NCBI GenBank assembly: GCA_963790305.1
Contig: CAWBOC010000006.1
Location: forward strand, 288,001 to 352,000
Direction: 5' to 3'
Source: an uncultured Gemmatimonadaceae bacterium
Lineage (GTDB): Bacteria > Gemmatimonadota > Gemmatimonadetes > Gemmatimonadales > Gemmatimonadaceae
DNA length: 64,000 nucleotides
A program made the position numbers and the translations under genes. Each line of letters starts with the position of its first letter. The stretch's first letter is position 1. This document shows, in pieces, positions 31,101-40,375 of the stretch. The notes below the pieces were generated by a model. The model was given only the letters and a program-made list of their open reading frames with translations, did no database searches and was not told where the DNA came from.

Positions 31101-32179
31101 GCGAGAAGATCAACCTGCTCGATCTGGTGCCTGACGAGGCGGAGCGCATGCTGCGCGAGTTCGCGGTCGCGCACGGCGAGGCCGCGTACCGGGGGGCGCA
31201 GGTCGCGCGCCGTCTCTGGACGAACCCGGCGCCGACGTTCGACGCAATGTCGGAGCTTCCGCGGGCCGTTCGCGAGCTTCTCGCGCAGAACTTCTCCCTG
31301 CCCCGCCTCGAGATCGTCGCGCGCCAACGGTCGGTAGATGGGACGGAGAAGTTTCTCTTTCGCCTTCCGGATGGCGAAGCGATCGAGAGCGTGTCGATTC
31401 CCGAAGGGAGCCGCACGACGCTGTGCATCTCCTCGCAGGCCGGTTGCGCGCTCCAGTGCGCCTTCTGCGCCACCGGACGGATGGGGTTCGCTCGCAATCT
31501 CGCCGTGTGGGAGATTGCCGGGCAGGTACGCGAGATGCGGCTGCTCGATCCGCCCATCGCCATCACCAACATCGTGTTCATGGGCATGGGCGAGCCGATG
31601 ATGAACTGGAAGGCGGTCGACCCCGTGCTCACCATTCTCAACGCGCCGACTGGGATGGGCATCGGCGCGCGCCACATCACGGTATCGACGGTCGGAGTCC
31701 TCCCGGGTATCGAAGCGCTCGCGACACGACCGGAGCAATTCCGGCTCGCCATCTCGATCCACGCGCCGTCCGACGCGCTGCGGCGCGAGCTCATGCCGAT
31801 CAACGTGAAGTACCCGTTGGCGCAGGTGATCGACGCAGCCCGTGCGTTCGATCGCCGTGTCACCTTCGAGTACGTTCTGCTCGGCGGCGTGAATGACGCT
31901 GTCGAGCATGCCTTGCAGCTTGGCAGGCTCGCGAAGGACTGTGGCGCGTTCGTGAACCTCATCCCGCTGCACCCAGGCGGTGCGCTGGAATTCCGCCCGT
32001 CGACGCGCGAGCGCACGGTGGCGTTCGCGCGCGAGCTGCGCCGCGCTGGTGTGGAGGTAGCGATTCGAAAGAGCCGTGGCGTCGACATCGCCGCGGCCTG
32101 TGGCCAGCTACGGGTAGAACGGCTCGGCCGGCGGCCGCCAGGTCGCCCCGACCAGGACGGTCACATCCAGGTAGCGTGA
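31097..32179 (+). CDS. rlmN: Dual-specificity RNA methyltransferase RlmN
   Basis: CISSQAGCALQCAFCATG (CxxxCxxC), VFMGMGEP, TVSTVG, TFEYVLLGGVND, DIAAACGQL. Confidence 0.95.
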   Translation: MSEKINLLDLVPDEAERMLREFAVAHGEAAYRGAQVARRLWTNPAPTFDAMSELPRAVRELLAQNFSLPRLEIVARQRSVDGTEKFLFRLPDGEAIESVSIPEGSRTTLCISSQAGCALQCAFCATGRMGFARNLAVWEIAGQVREMRLLDPPIAITNIVFMGMGEPMMNWKAVDPVLTILNAPTGMGIGARHITVSTVGVLPGIEALATRPEQFRLAISIHAPSDALRRELMPINVKYPLAQVIDAARAFDRRVTFEYVLLGGVNDAVEHALQLGRLAKDCGAFVNLIPLHPGGALEFRPSTRERTVAFARELRRAGVEVAIRKSRGVDIAAACGQLRVERLGRRPPGRPDQDGHIQVA

Positions 32180-32548
32180 GCTGTCCGGCGCCTGCTCGAC
32201 ACGGGCGCCCCCTAACGCGCGCGCGACGAGCGCCGCCCAATCCGCATGGCCCGAGCGATCCAGCACCAGGATGCTGTCGCGCACCTCGCGGGAGGTGCCC
32301 ACACTCACCACGTCGAACCCGCGATCGCGGAGATGCATAGTGGCTCGTCGAGCCAGACCGCGAACGCGCGTCGCGTTCAACACCTCGACGCGAATGCGGA
32401 CGCCCGCGGGCGCCTCGGCATCCACGCGCTGACGCACCGCCTGCGGAGCGCGCGTCGACGGGCCGCGCGCCACGAGAACGATTCCGATCACCACCAGCAG
32501 CAGTGCGAGCATCACTGCCGCGCGTCGGATCAGGCGACGTCGTTCCAC
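32108..32548 (-). CDS. LytR C-terminal domain membrane protein
   Basis: N-terminal TM segment, RVEVLNATRVRGLA, LRDRGFDV, DVTVLVGATW. The 3' end overlaps the rlmN 3' end by 72 bp. Confidence 0.8.
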   Translation of the reverse strand: MERRRLIRRAAVMLALLLVVIGIVLVARGPSTRAPQAVRQRVDAEAPAGVRIRVEVLNATRVRGLARRATMHLRDRGFDVVSVGTSREVRDSILVLDRSGHADWAALVARALGGARVEQAPDSSRYLDVTVLVGATWRPPAEPFYP

Positions 32549-33075
32549 AGCGAGACCGTCTCGGGATAGAGCTGATTCCCTTCGCGCAACGACCACTCCA
32601 GTCGCTGCCGCACAACCTGCCGAAAGACGCCGTCGAAGTCGTGCACGAGGTGCGACGCGAGAAACGCGCGATCCGCGCGAGCGAACGATCGGCCGGGTTC
32701 CAGGAAGTCGGCCATGTAGAGCGCCCGTCCGGTGCGCGCCCATGCGCCGTTGCCGACGGTGTGCCACCGAATCGCCTCGAGGACGTCGGCGCGCGTTTCG
32801 CCGTCGCGCAGAAGCCGCTCCGCCGCAGCCGGCCCGTGCAGAATCTGCGTCGGGAGCGCTGGATCGGGCACGAGCCTCCGCAGCTCCGAGTCCGGGGCAT
32901 CGCGGAGCGCGTCATGCCACAGACCGGCATCGTGCCAGGCTCGGGCCTCCTCGGCCGACACGCGCAGCTCGCCCGCCCAGCGATCGAGCAGTGCGGTTAC
33001 ACGGGCGATGTGGGCACGGCGCTTGTCGCTGACGCGGGCCCACTCCGGCAGCTCAATCGAATCCGCGGCGAACAT
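32530..33075 (-). CDS. HD-domain hydrolase, YqeK-like (symmetrical Ap4A hydrolase family)
   Basis: RAHIARV, AGLWHDA, LHGPAAA, AIRWHTVG, LYMADFLEPGR. Confidence 0.8.
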   Translation of the reverse strand: MFAADSIELPEWARVSDKRRAHIARVTALLDRWAGELRVSAEEARAWHDAGLWHDALRDAPDSELRRLVPDPALPTQILHGPAAAERLLRDGETRADVLEAIRWHTVGNGAWARTGRALYMADFLEPGRSFARADRAFLASHLVHDFDGVFRQVVRQRLEWSLREGNQLYPETVSLWNDVA

Positions 33076-33886
33076 AGGGCTCGAGAACCGCGTGATTCCG
33101 GACACTGGTCCGCGCAACGTAGTTCCATCCCTTGAGCTCTACGCCGCGACCGATTCGCGACTCGACGATCCGCGAGTAGGGACCGATGACGCACTCCGAC
33201 CCGATCTCGGTGGCGCCCTCGATCACCGTGCCCGGGTAGATCACGGTGTCGGCCCCGATGCGCACATCGGCGTCGATCCACGTCGTGGCTGGAAGGACAA
33301 AGCTCACGCCGTGGGCCTCATGCTCGCGAATGAGGCGGTCGCGGATGGCGACCGACGCGTCCGAGAGGGCATGACGATCAGTGATTCGGATCAGCTCGTC
33401 CTCCGAGGTGGGCGCGACCCGGTGTGCGCCGCTCGGCCTTCGAGGATCGTCCGCCGAGGCGAGGGCAGGTCCTTCCCCACCGACCAGGAGCGGCGCCAGC
33501 TCATCGCGCCGGTCGAGCAACGCGGAGACACCGCTCTCGGCCGCACGCAGCGCCCGCGCGATGGTCGAGGGGGTCACGAGCGCCGCGGCACCGTCGAGCA
33601 GCGCACGGAGACCCGGAGGAGTCACGGCCGCACGCAGCGACACGAGCTCCGACCCAGAGTCCACCGGCAGCAGGTCCAGCGGGACTGAAAGTCCCGATGG
33701 CAGCGCGACGGCGGTGCCTGACGAGTGAAGAATGCGTATGGCGTCCGGGGGCGGTGTGACACGGGAGAGCGAGTGCAGCACGTGCCAGAGAATCGGCCGG
33801 CCTGCCAACGGGTGGAGATACACGCTGACACGCGACCGAAAGGTCACACCGTCTTCGAGCGCGGCGACCACCGCGCTCCAGCTCAC
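33053..33886 (-). CDS. Truncated, degenerate GlmU-like protein (NTP-transferase-like N-terminus plus short left-handed beta-helix)
   Basis: LHPLAGRPILWHVL and GVSFVLPATTWIDADVRIGADTVIYPGTVIEGATEIGSECVIGP resemble GlmU. Only 277 aa and the GxGTRM..PK motif is missing. Confidence 0.7.
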   Translation of the reverse strand: MSWSAVVAALEDGVTFRSRVSVYLHPLAGRPILWHVLHSLSRVTPPPDAIRILHSSGTAVALPSGLSVPLDLLPVDSGSELVSLRAAVTPPGLRALLDGAAALVTPSTIARALRAAESGVSALLDRRDELAPLLVGGEGPALASADDPRRPSGAHRVAPTSEDELIRITDRHALSDASVAIRDRLIREHEAHGVSFVLPATTWIDADVRIGADTVIYPGTVIEGATEIGSECVIGPYSRIVESRIGRGVELKGWNYVARTSVRNHAVLEPYVRRGFD

Positions 33887-34731
33887 TGAGTCCCCAGGAT
33901 TACGTTGTCGATGAGTCGAGTATGCCCCACGCGCGCCGCGAGCGCGACAACCGCGCCCACGTCGGCCTGTGAAAGCGGCTCGAGTGTATTGGGATCGGCG
34001 ACGGCAACGTAATCCACCTCGGCGATTCCTCGCTCGGCGAGGTGCTCCCGCGCAATCTCCTCCAGCTTCGTGGCACTCCGTTCGCCGGCGGCATGAGCGC
34101 TTTGAACAGCCCGCAGCGCACCGGACAACGCAAGCGCGCGTTCCCGCGCCTGAACATCGAGATAGCTGTTGCGGCTGGACATGGCGAGCCCATCGGGCTC
34201 GCGGACAGTCGGGGCAACAACGATCTCAACTGGAATATCGAGATCACGCACCATGGCGCGCACGAGCGTCGCCTGCTGTATGTCTTTTTGGCCGAAGACC
34301 GCGACGTGAGGCTGCACGATGTTGAACAGCTTCGCGACCACGGTGAGGACCCCCTCGAAGTGGCCAGGACGCGCAGCGCCCTCCCAGCGAGCGCCGAGTG
34401 ACCGTGGCGTCACGACGACGCGCGGTTCCTCCGGGTAGATCTCGTTGGCGTTGGGAATAAAAAGCGCGTCTACGCCACGCGCTTCGGCCTTCGCTGCGTC
34501 CCCATCCAGATCCCGCGGGTACCGAGTCAGGTCTTCAGTCGGTCCGAACTGCAGCGGATTGACGAAGACACTCATTATCACGAGGTCAGCTCGCCGACGT
34601 GCCTCGTCGACGAGCCGCAGGTGCCCCTCGTGGAGGAACCCCATCGTTGGCACGAACCCCACGCGTTTGCCACGCGCGCGCGCCGCGCCAACGAGATCAC
34701 GGACCTCCGTGACACGCGTGAGGCGCTGCAT
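33883..34731 (-). CDS. panC: Pantoate--beta-alanine ligase
   Basis: FVPTMGFLHEGH, FVNPLQF, RPGHFEGV, FGQKDIQQ, REPDGLAMSSRN, RLIDN. Confidence 0.96.
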   Translation of the reverse strand: MQRLTRVTEVRDLVGAARARGKRVGFVPTMGFLHEGHLRLVDEARRRADLVIMSVFVNPLQFGPTEDLTRYPRDLDGDAAKAEARGVDALFIPNANEIYPEEPRVVVTPRSLGARWEGAARPGHFEGVLTVVAKLFNIVQPHVAVFGQKDIQQATLVRAMVRDLDIPVEIVVAPTVREPDGLAMSSRNSYLDVQARERALALSGALRAVQSAHAAGERSATKLEEIAREHLAERGIAEVDYVAVADPNTLEPLSQADVGAVVALAARVGHTRLIDNVILGTQ

Positions 34732-34732
34732 A

Positions 34733-35548
34733 TCAGAAGCTGTGCTGATCATCCGGATACACGCCCGCTCGTACCTCATCGCGGAAGGCCGACACTGCCT
34801 TGCGAACGTCGTCGGCGAGGTTCGCGTACGGCTTGAGGAACTTCGGGCGAAATCGGTCGTTGAGCCCCAGCAAGTCGGGCAGTACGAGCACCTGTCCGTC
34901 GCAGCCCACACCTGCCCCGATGCCGATCGTGGGAATCGTGAGGGTGTCCGTGACGCGCCGAGCAACCGAGGCCGGCATGAGCTCGAGGACCAGTGCGAAC
35001 GCGCCGGCCGCCTCGACCCGACGCGCATCGGCGAGCAAACGCTCTGCCGCATCCTCGCCCCGTCCCTGAACACGGGGACCGCCCAGCGCATGAACCGACT
35101 GCGGTGTGAAGCCGAGATGGGCCATCACCGGTACGCCGATTCCCGTGAGCGTCTCAATGGCGCGCGCGATGCGCTCGTCACCACCCTCGAGCTTTACCGC
35201 CTGCGCGCCCGTCTCCTGCATGATGCGGCCCGCGTTGAGCAGCGCCTGTTCCTCGCTCACCTGGTACGTAAGGAACGGCATGTCGATCACGAGGAGCGCG
35301 TTGGTCACGCCGCGTCGAACCGCACGGCCATGGTAGATCATATCGCCGAGCGTCACCGGCAGCGTGGAGTCACGCCCCTGCACCACGTGCCCCAGCGAGT
35401 CTCCCACCAGCACGATGTCGACGTCAGCTTCGTCGACGAGCCGACCGAACAACGCATCGTACGCGGTCACCATGACGATCTTTCGCGCGGCCTTCTTCCG
35501 CTCGATGATGTCGCGGATCGTCAACACCTTCCGCTTCTCCGCGCCCAT
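34733..35548 (-). CDS. panB: 3-methyl-2-oxobutanoate hydroxymethyltransferase
   Basis: VTAYDA, LVGDSLG, DMPF, AVKLEGG, AHLGFTPQ, IGIGAG...DGQVLV. Confidence 0.96.
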   Translation of the reverse strand: MGAEKRKVLTIRDIIERKKAARKIVMVTAYDALFGRLVDEADVDIVLVGDSLGHVVQGRDSTLPVTLGDMIYHGRAVRRGVTNALLVIDMPFLTYQVSEEQALLNAGRIMQETGAQAVKLEGGDERIARAIETLTGIGVPVMAHLGFTPQSVHALGGPRVQGRGEDAAERLLADARRVEAAGAFALVLELMPASVARRVTDTLTIPTIGIGAGVGCDGQVLVLPDLLGLNDRFRPKFLKPYANLADDVRKAVSAFRDEVRAGVYPDDQHSF

Positions 35549-35550
35549 GC

Positions 35551-35961
35551 TCACGAGAGCTCCTCGAGCTCGACGAGCTCGCGCTGCCAGAACTCGCGTG
35601 TACCGAGCCCCGGATGCGGGATCGTGAGGTTGGGATCGCGCACTTCCCTGTCGCCGAGCTTCACGATGTCGAGATCGAGGGTGCGCGCTCCCCACCGCTC
35701 CTCGCGAACGCGTCCAGCATCACGCTCAATGCGCTGCAGCGCGGCAAGCAGGGCGCGCGGATCGAGCGCGGTCTCGAGGGCCACCATCTGATTCAGATAG
35801 AAACCCTGCGCTGGGCCGCCGATCGGCTCGGTCTCCTCAATGGTGCTCACCGCGAGGAGCCGTGACTCGGGGAGCGCGGCCAGAGCGGCGCGGGCGTGGG
35901 CGAGGTGCGCATCGCGGTCGCCGAGGTTCGAGCCCAACGCGATGTAGGCGATGTCGCGCAT
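35551..35961 (-). CDS. folK: 2-amino-4-hydroxy-6-hydroxymethyldihydropteridine diphosphokinase
   Basis: AYIALGSNLGDR, YLNQMV, RWGARTLDLDI, LTIPHP. Confidence 0.94.
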   Translation of the reverse strand: MRDIAYIALGSNLGDRDAHLAHARAALAALPESRLLAVSTIEETEPIGGPAQGFYLNQMVALETALDPRALLAALQRIERDAGRVREERWGARTLDLDIVKLGDREVRDPNLTIPHPGLGTREFWQRELVELEELS

Positions 35962-36021
35962 GAGATCACACGCGCGCCGGAGATCGCCGCTCGCCGAGCG
36001 ACGACGAGCGAGGAGCTGGCG

Positions 36022-36063
36022 TTGACACGGCGTCAAGCTACGGGCATCGTCGGCGCGTGTCAA
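36022..36063. promoter_or_regulatory. Overlapping promoters on opposite strands (folK operon and NFACT gene)
   Basis: Minus strand: TTGACA (36063-36058)-N17-TAGCTT (36040-36035). Plus strand: TTGACA (36022-36027)-N17-CATCGT (36045-36050). Confidence 0.55.
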
Positions 36064-36075
36064 ACGCGTGCGGCG

Positions 36076-37497
36076 ATGGATAGTCTGACTACGCACTACG
36101 TCGCGCGCGAGCTCGGCGAGCGATGGCGCGGCCGGTACATCGTCGCATGTCGCGCGGATCATGTCTCGCGCCTGCTCACGCTATGGTGTGACGGAACCCC
36201 GCCAGTGTCCTTCGACCTGCGTGCGCTCGCCGTCCGTGAGGAAAACCGCGCACCAGACGGGGAGCTGCTCGGAGGGTGGACCATTGTCGGCGTCGAGGCG
36301 CCAATCGACGAGCGACGACTCATCATCCGGTGCGACCGACCGGGAAAATTTCGCGGCTCCGCATCGAAGCAGGGCGACATAGAGGTCAGCTTCATTCCGA
36401 ATGGACGGGGAGCGCGCGTGAGAGATGCGCGCCACGCCCTCGCCACGATCGGGGTCGCGCTGCCGGCCGTTGCCCCCCCGCGCCAGGTGCTCGCCGACGC
36501 CGCGGTCCGTGCCGCGGTCGCGGCTCGCGATGAGGGAGCGATGCTCCGCGGTCGATGGATGAGCCCGACCATCTGTGCCGCGCTTCTCGCGCAACAGGAG
36601 CGTGCAGTCGATCTGCACCGACTGATCGCCTCCTTGCCCACGGCATCTCCAGTGCGCTGCGGGGATGTCGTCTTCCCGCTGCGAATCTGCGATGGAGAGC
36701 CCGTTTCATCGTTGATACTGCCGGTCGCACCGGAGCACGCACCCTCGAGCGAGCCCGACGACCGGACGTTCCGCGCAATCTCGAGAATGCGCCGCGAGCT
36801 CGATCGTGCTCGTGAGGCGCCACGCCTCCGGGCGGTCGCCGACGCGCTCATGGCGCTGGGTGCCGACGCCGACGTGCCGGCGACCATCGTTCTCTCCGAT
36901 GGGAGCGACGCGCCGGTGCCCCGGTCGGACGACCCGCACGACACCCCGATTGCGCTGGCCGAGCGACTCTACAAGGAAGTGGGGGCGATGGAGCGCGCAC
37001 TCGAGGGACTTCCGGCGCGAATTACCGCGTTGGAGGCGAAGGCGGAATCTCCGCCTGCCCGGAGCGGACGGCGCCTCACTCGAGCTGCAAAGGGTACCGC
37101 GCCCGCGCGCTTACCGTACAAGTCGTATCGCACGTCCGGCGGCATCGCCGTGCTCGTCGGACGCGGGGCCCGCGCCAACGACGAGTTGACCTACGACATC
37201 GCGAAGCCGGACGACGTGTGGCTCCACGCGCGGGATGTGACGGGGGCGCACGTCGTGATGCGATGGTCACAGGAGGGCGCGCCGCCGGCGCGCGACCTCC
37301 ACGAGGCGGCCGCGCTCGCCGCCTGGTACAGTCGCGCCCGTGGGAGCGTGGTGGTTCCGGTCGATTGGACGCGGCGCCGACATGTGCGTCGCGCGCGTGG
37401 CGGCCCGCCCGGTCGCGCGCTGGTGGAGCGGGCGCAGACGGTCATGGCCCGGCCGAGCGCTGAGCTGGAGAGAAGGCTGCGATCGAACGAGGCGTGA
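36076..37497 (+). CDS. NFACT / Rqc2(RqcH)-like protein with C-terminal NFACT-R (DUF814) domain
   Basis: MDSLTTHYVARELGERWRG N-terminus. C-terminal VLVGRGARANDELT...DVWLHARDVTGAHVV...AAALAAWYSRAR...VDWT. Confidence 0.82.
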   Translation: MDSLTTHYVARELGERWRGRYIVACRADHVSRLLTLWCDGTPPVSFDLRALAVREENRAPDGELLGGWTIVGVEAPIDERRLIIRCDRPGKFRGSASKQGDIEVSFIPNGRGARVRDARHALATIGVALPAVAPPRQVLADAAVRAAVAARDEGAMLRGRWMSPTICAALLAQQERAVDLHRLIASLPTASPVRCGDVVFPLRICDGEPVSSLILPVAPEHAPSSEPDDRTFRAISRMRRELDRAREAPRLRAVADALMALGADADVPATIVLSDGSDAPVPRSDDPHDTPIALAERLYKEVGAMERALEGLPARITALEAKAESPPARSGRRLTRAAKGTAPARLPYKSYRTSGGIAVLVGRGARANDELTYDIAKPDDVWLHARDVTGAHVVMRWSQEGAPPARDLHEAAALAAWYSRARGSVVVPVDWTRRRHVRRARGGPPGRALVERAQTVMARPSAELERRLRSNEA

Positions 37498-37524
37498 GGT
37501 GCTCGAAGTGCACTTCGAGCACCT

Positions 37525-39606
37525 CTATCCCACGCTCGTTATCCGTCTCGTAAGCTCATCCAGGTACGCCGCCACGCTGCGGAGCTCGTCAGTCGCGCCC
37601 TCGAGCTCGCGGAGCGCACGGGCCTGGTCCTTCGCCGTCTCCGTCACGTTCTCGGCACCCTGGCGCGTCTTGCGCGAGATCTCGGCGATGCGCACCACGC
37701 GCTCGCGGAGGCGCCCGAACTCGGCCTCCTGATCACGGGACGTGTTCTCGATCGCCTGCGCACGGCCGAACGTCGTCGCCGTCGCCTGCACGATGCGGTC
37801 GAGCGCCTGCAGGGCAGCCTCGGAGAGTCCTTCCACGTCACTCATCATCGTCGACCCTCGATCCATCTGCTGCGCGACGCGACGCATCTGCTCCTCGAAT
37901 CCGACCACGATGTCGCCAGCCTCGTCCGAGGCGCGCGCGCTCTGCTCGGCGAGCTTGCGGACTTCATCGGCGACGACCGCGAATCCCTTGCCCTGCTCCC
38001 CGGCGCGCGCCGCTTCGATAGCGGCGTTGAGCGCGAGAAGATTGGTTTGGTCGGCGAGCTCGCGGATGACCCCGATGAACTCGGTGATTCTTCGCGTTGT
38101 CTTTGCGAGCACGTCGATCTGCTCCCCACTCTCGCCCACGAAGCGCTTGGCACCGACCAGTCGGTCGATGGCGGTTGCGATCGTGTCGCGGTGCTCGCTG
38201 GCAATCGACGTCGCCTCACGACTGGCGCCAGCCGCATCGCGGCCGTCACGCACCACATTCTCGGTCGCGGTGTGCAGAGCCTCGGTCGCGTGGATGCTGC
38301 GGTCCACCTGGTCGCTCTGCTCGAGAATTCCGCGGGTGATGTCGGAGATCGTCCGCGCCACCGCCTCGCCACCAGCCCGCAGGGCCCGCGCCGACTCGTT
38401 GAGCGTTCCCAGCTGGCTCGATACGCGCGTCATGGCCTCGATGAGCGGCTGTCGGAGATCATCGATGTGAAGCGTGGTCGCGAGCTGGCTGCCGAAGCGC
38501 TCGATGAGCGCGATTTCTTTCGTGCTGTACGACGCTTCCTTGTGGTGCTCCATCTCGAGGAGCCCGACATTGCGATCACCGAACCGCAGCGGGATCACCA
38601 CGATGCTCCGGGACTTGGGCGTCGGATTTTCGATGCGGGCATCCTTGAGTGCATTCGTCACCACCACGGGCTGGCCGCTCTCGATCGCCAGACGGCGGAG
38701 CTTCACGCCGTCCCCCGCGGGCTCACGCGGGACTTCGAGTAGCCCCTCGCCACTTCGATAGACCAGCCGCAACCCGGTGGGCTGAAGCCGCGAGATCCGA
38801 AACTCCTGCCAGTCGACAAGCCGGTGCGCGAGACGCTCGATACGCCCGAACGACTCGGCGAGTGATGCGTCGGAGGTCACGACCTGCTCCATCGCTCGAA
38901 CCTGGTTCAGCTCTTCGGCGGCGATGGCGTCCTGAAGAATGCGCTTCAGCAAGAGGCCGGTCATCGCGAGCACGACTGCCACGACCGCCGACCCGGCGAA
39001 CCCGACGCTCGTCGCCGTGAGCACAATGATGGAGGCCGCGCCCACCGTGACGATGAACGCGATCACCTCGTAGCGCATGATCAGCGACTTCTCTTCAGGG
39101 AGCAGCTTGTCGCGGTAGAGCAACGTGAAATACTGGAGCGCGCGACTGAAGAGGAAATACGCAAAGACGAATACCACCGTGGCCGGCAGCGCGTCGATCG
39201 AGAGCAGCCGGCTGCTGGTGAGCCCGGCATTCTCGATCATCGCGGCGTAGAACCCGTAGGCCGCAATGAGCGCGAGCGCTTCGCGCCCCGAGTTGATCCA
39301 CGCCACCGTCGCCGGCTTCACGAGCAGCAGCCAGTCGGTGAAGAACACACCGACGATGAGCGCGATGGCGGTAGCCGGTGCACCCATGAGGAGCGCGCCG
39401 CTGATCGCCACGACTCCGAGCTGGTGCAGCGACGAGTACTTCGTGAGCGAGATCTGGTGATACCGCAGCGCGACGAGGACGATGATCGCCAGCCCAATGC
39501 CGCCCAGGTGCGTCGCCCAGCGCGCGTCGAAGAGGAGCGACAGGAACGAGATCGCCAGCCCGACGATGCGGAGCGACCAGGCGTAGACGTTGAGAACGCG
39601 GCTCAC
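37525..39606 (-). CDS. Methyl-accepting chemotaxis protein with multi-TM N-terminal sensor and GAF domain
   Basis: About 8 hydrophobic segments, GAF ([21 protein letters not shown]), MCP tip [43 protein letters not shown] overlaps the trpA stop. Confidence 0.88.
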   Translation of the reverse strand: MSRVLNVYAWSLRIVGLAISFLSLLFDARWATHLGGIGLAIIVLVALRYHQISLTKYSSLHQLGVVAISGALLMGAPATAIALIVGVFFTDWLLLVKPATVAWINSGREALALIAAYGFYAAMIENAGLTSSRLLSIDALPATVVFVFAYFLFSRALQYFTLLYRDKLLPEEKSLIMRYEVIAFIVTVGAASIIVLTATSVGFAGSAVVAVVLAMTGLLLKRILQDAIAAEELNQVRAMEQVVTSDASLAESFGRIERLAHRLVDWQEFRISRLQPTGLRLVYRSGEGLLEVPREPAGDGVKLRRLAIESGQPVVVTNALKDARIENPTPKSRSIVVIPLRFGDRNVGLLEMEHHKEASYSTKEIALIERFGSQLATTLHIDDLRQPLIEAMTRVSSQLGTLNESARALRAGGEAVARTISDITRGILEQSDQVDRSIHATEALHTATENVVRDGRDAAGASREATSIASEHRDTIATAIDRLVGAKRFVGESGEQIDVLAKTTRRITEFIGVIRELADQTNLLALNAAIEAARAGEQGKGFAVVADEVRKLAEQSARASDEAGDIVVGFEEQMRRVAQQMDRGSTMMSDVEGLSEAALQALDRIVQATATTFGRAQAIENTSRDQEAEFGRLRERVVRIAEISRKTRQGAENVTETAKDQARALRELEGATDELRSVAAYLDELTRRITSVG

Positions 39607-40374
39607 GGCAGTTGGTCCAGGGAAGTGCGCATCGCGCGCACCAGAGAGAGAGCAGCATCGATATCGCGATCGGCCGCGCGCACAACCGCGCTGCCCACAA
39701 CGACGCCATCCGCAAGGCGGCCTACCATCGCGGCTTGATCGGGACTCGAGAATGCCGAAACCGACGCAGATGGGAAGCGAGGTTGCCTGTCGGAGCGCCG
39801 AGACCGTGCCGGGGAGGTCGGCGGACACGTCGGCACGCTCACCTGTGACGCCCAGCCGGCTGATGAGATAGACGAATCCGCGTCCATGCCTGGCGATCTC
39901 AGCCATCCGGTCGTGAGGCGTCGTCGGCGCGACGAGACGCACGAACGCCAGCGGGCCGCCGCCGAGCCACCCTTCCAGCTCCGGGTCTGCGCCCACGGGC
40001 AGATCGGTTACGAGCACGCCGTGCACGCCGGAGTCCGCGGCACGATCGAGCAAATGGGCGCGACTCGACAGCAGCGGATTCAGATAGCTGAACAGCACCA
40101 CCGGCGCCCGAACGCGCGCGCGCGCGACCAGCTCGAACGTCCCGTCGAGTGTCATTCCCTGCTCGAGGGCACGCTGCGAGCTGGCCTGAATGACCGCGCC
40201 ATCCGCCATCGGATCGGAGAACGGGACACCGACTTCGATCACGTCCGCGCCCGCGTCATCGAGCCCGCGAAGGAGCTCGAGTGATTTCTCGAGAGTCGGG
40301 TGACCGGCCGTGACGTAGACCACGAGCGCGCGCCGGCCTGCGGTCCGCAGGTCGGCGAAGCGGCGGTCGAGCAC
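39603..40374 (-). CDS. trpA: Tryptophan synthase alpha chain, one frameshift near 39751
   Basis: [42 protein letters not shown], then [23 protein letters not shown] in the shifted frame. Confidence 0.92.
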
Positions 40375-40375
40375 G

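Noticed and set aside
32108..32179. 72-bp convergent overlap between rlmN and the LytR_C gene
   Set aside because: The overlap covers only a non-conserved RlmN tail after ACGQL, which is common in compact GC-rich genomes.
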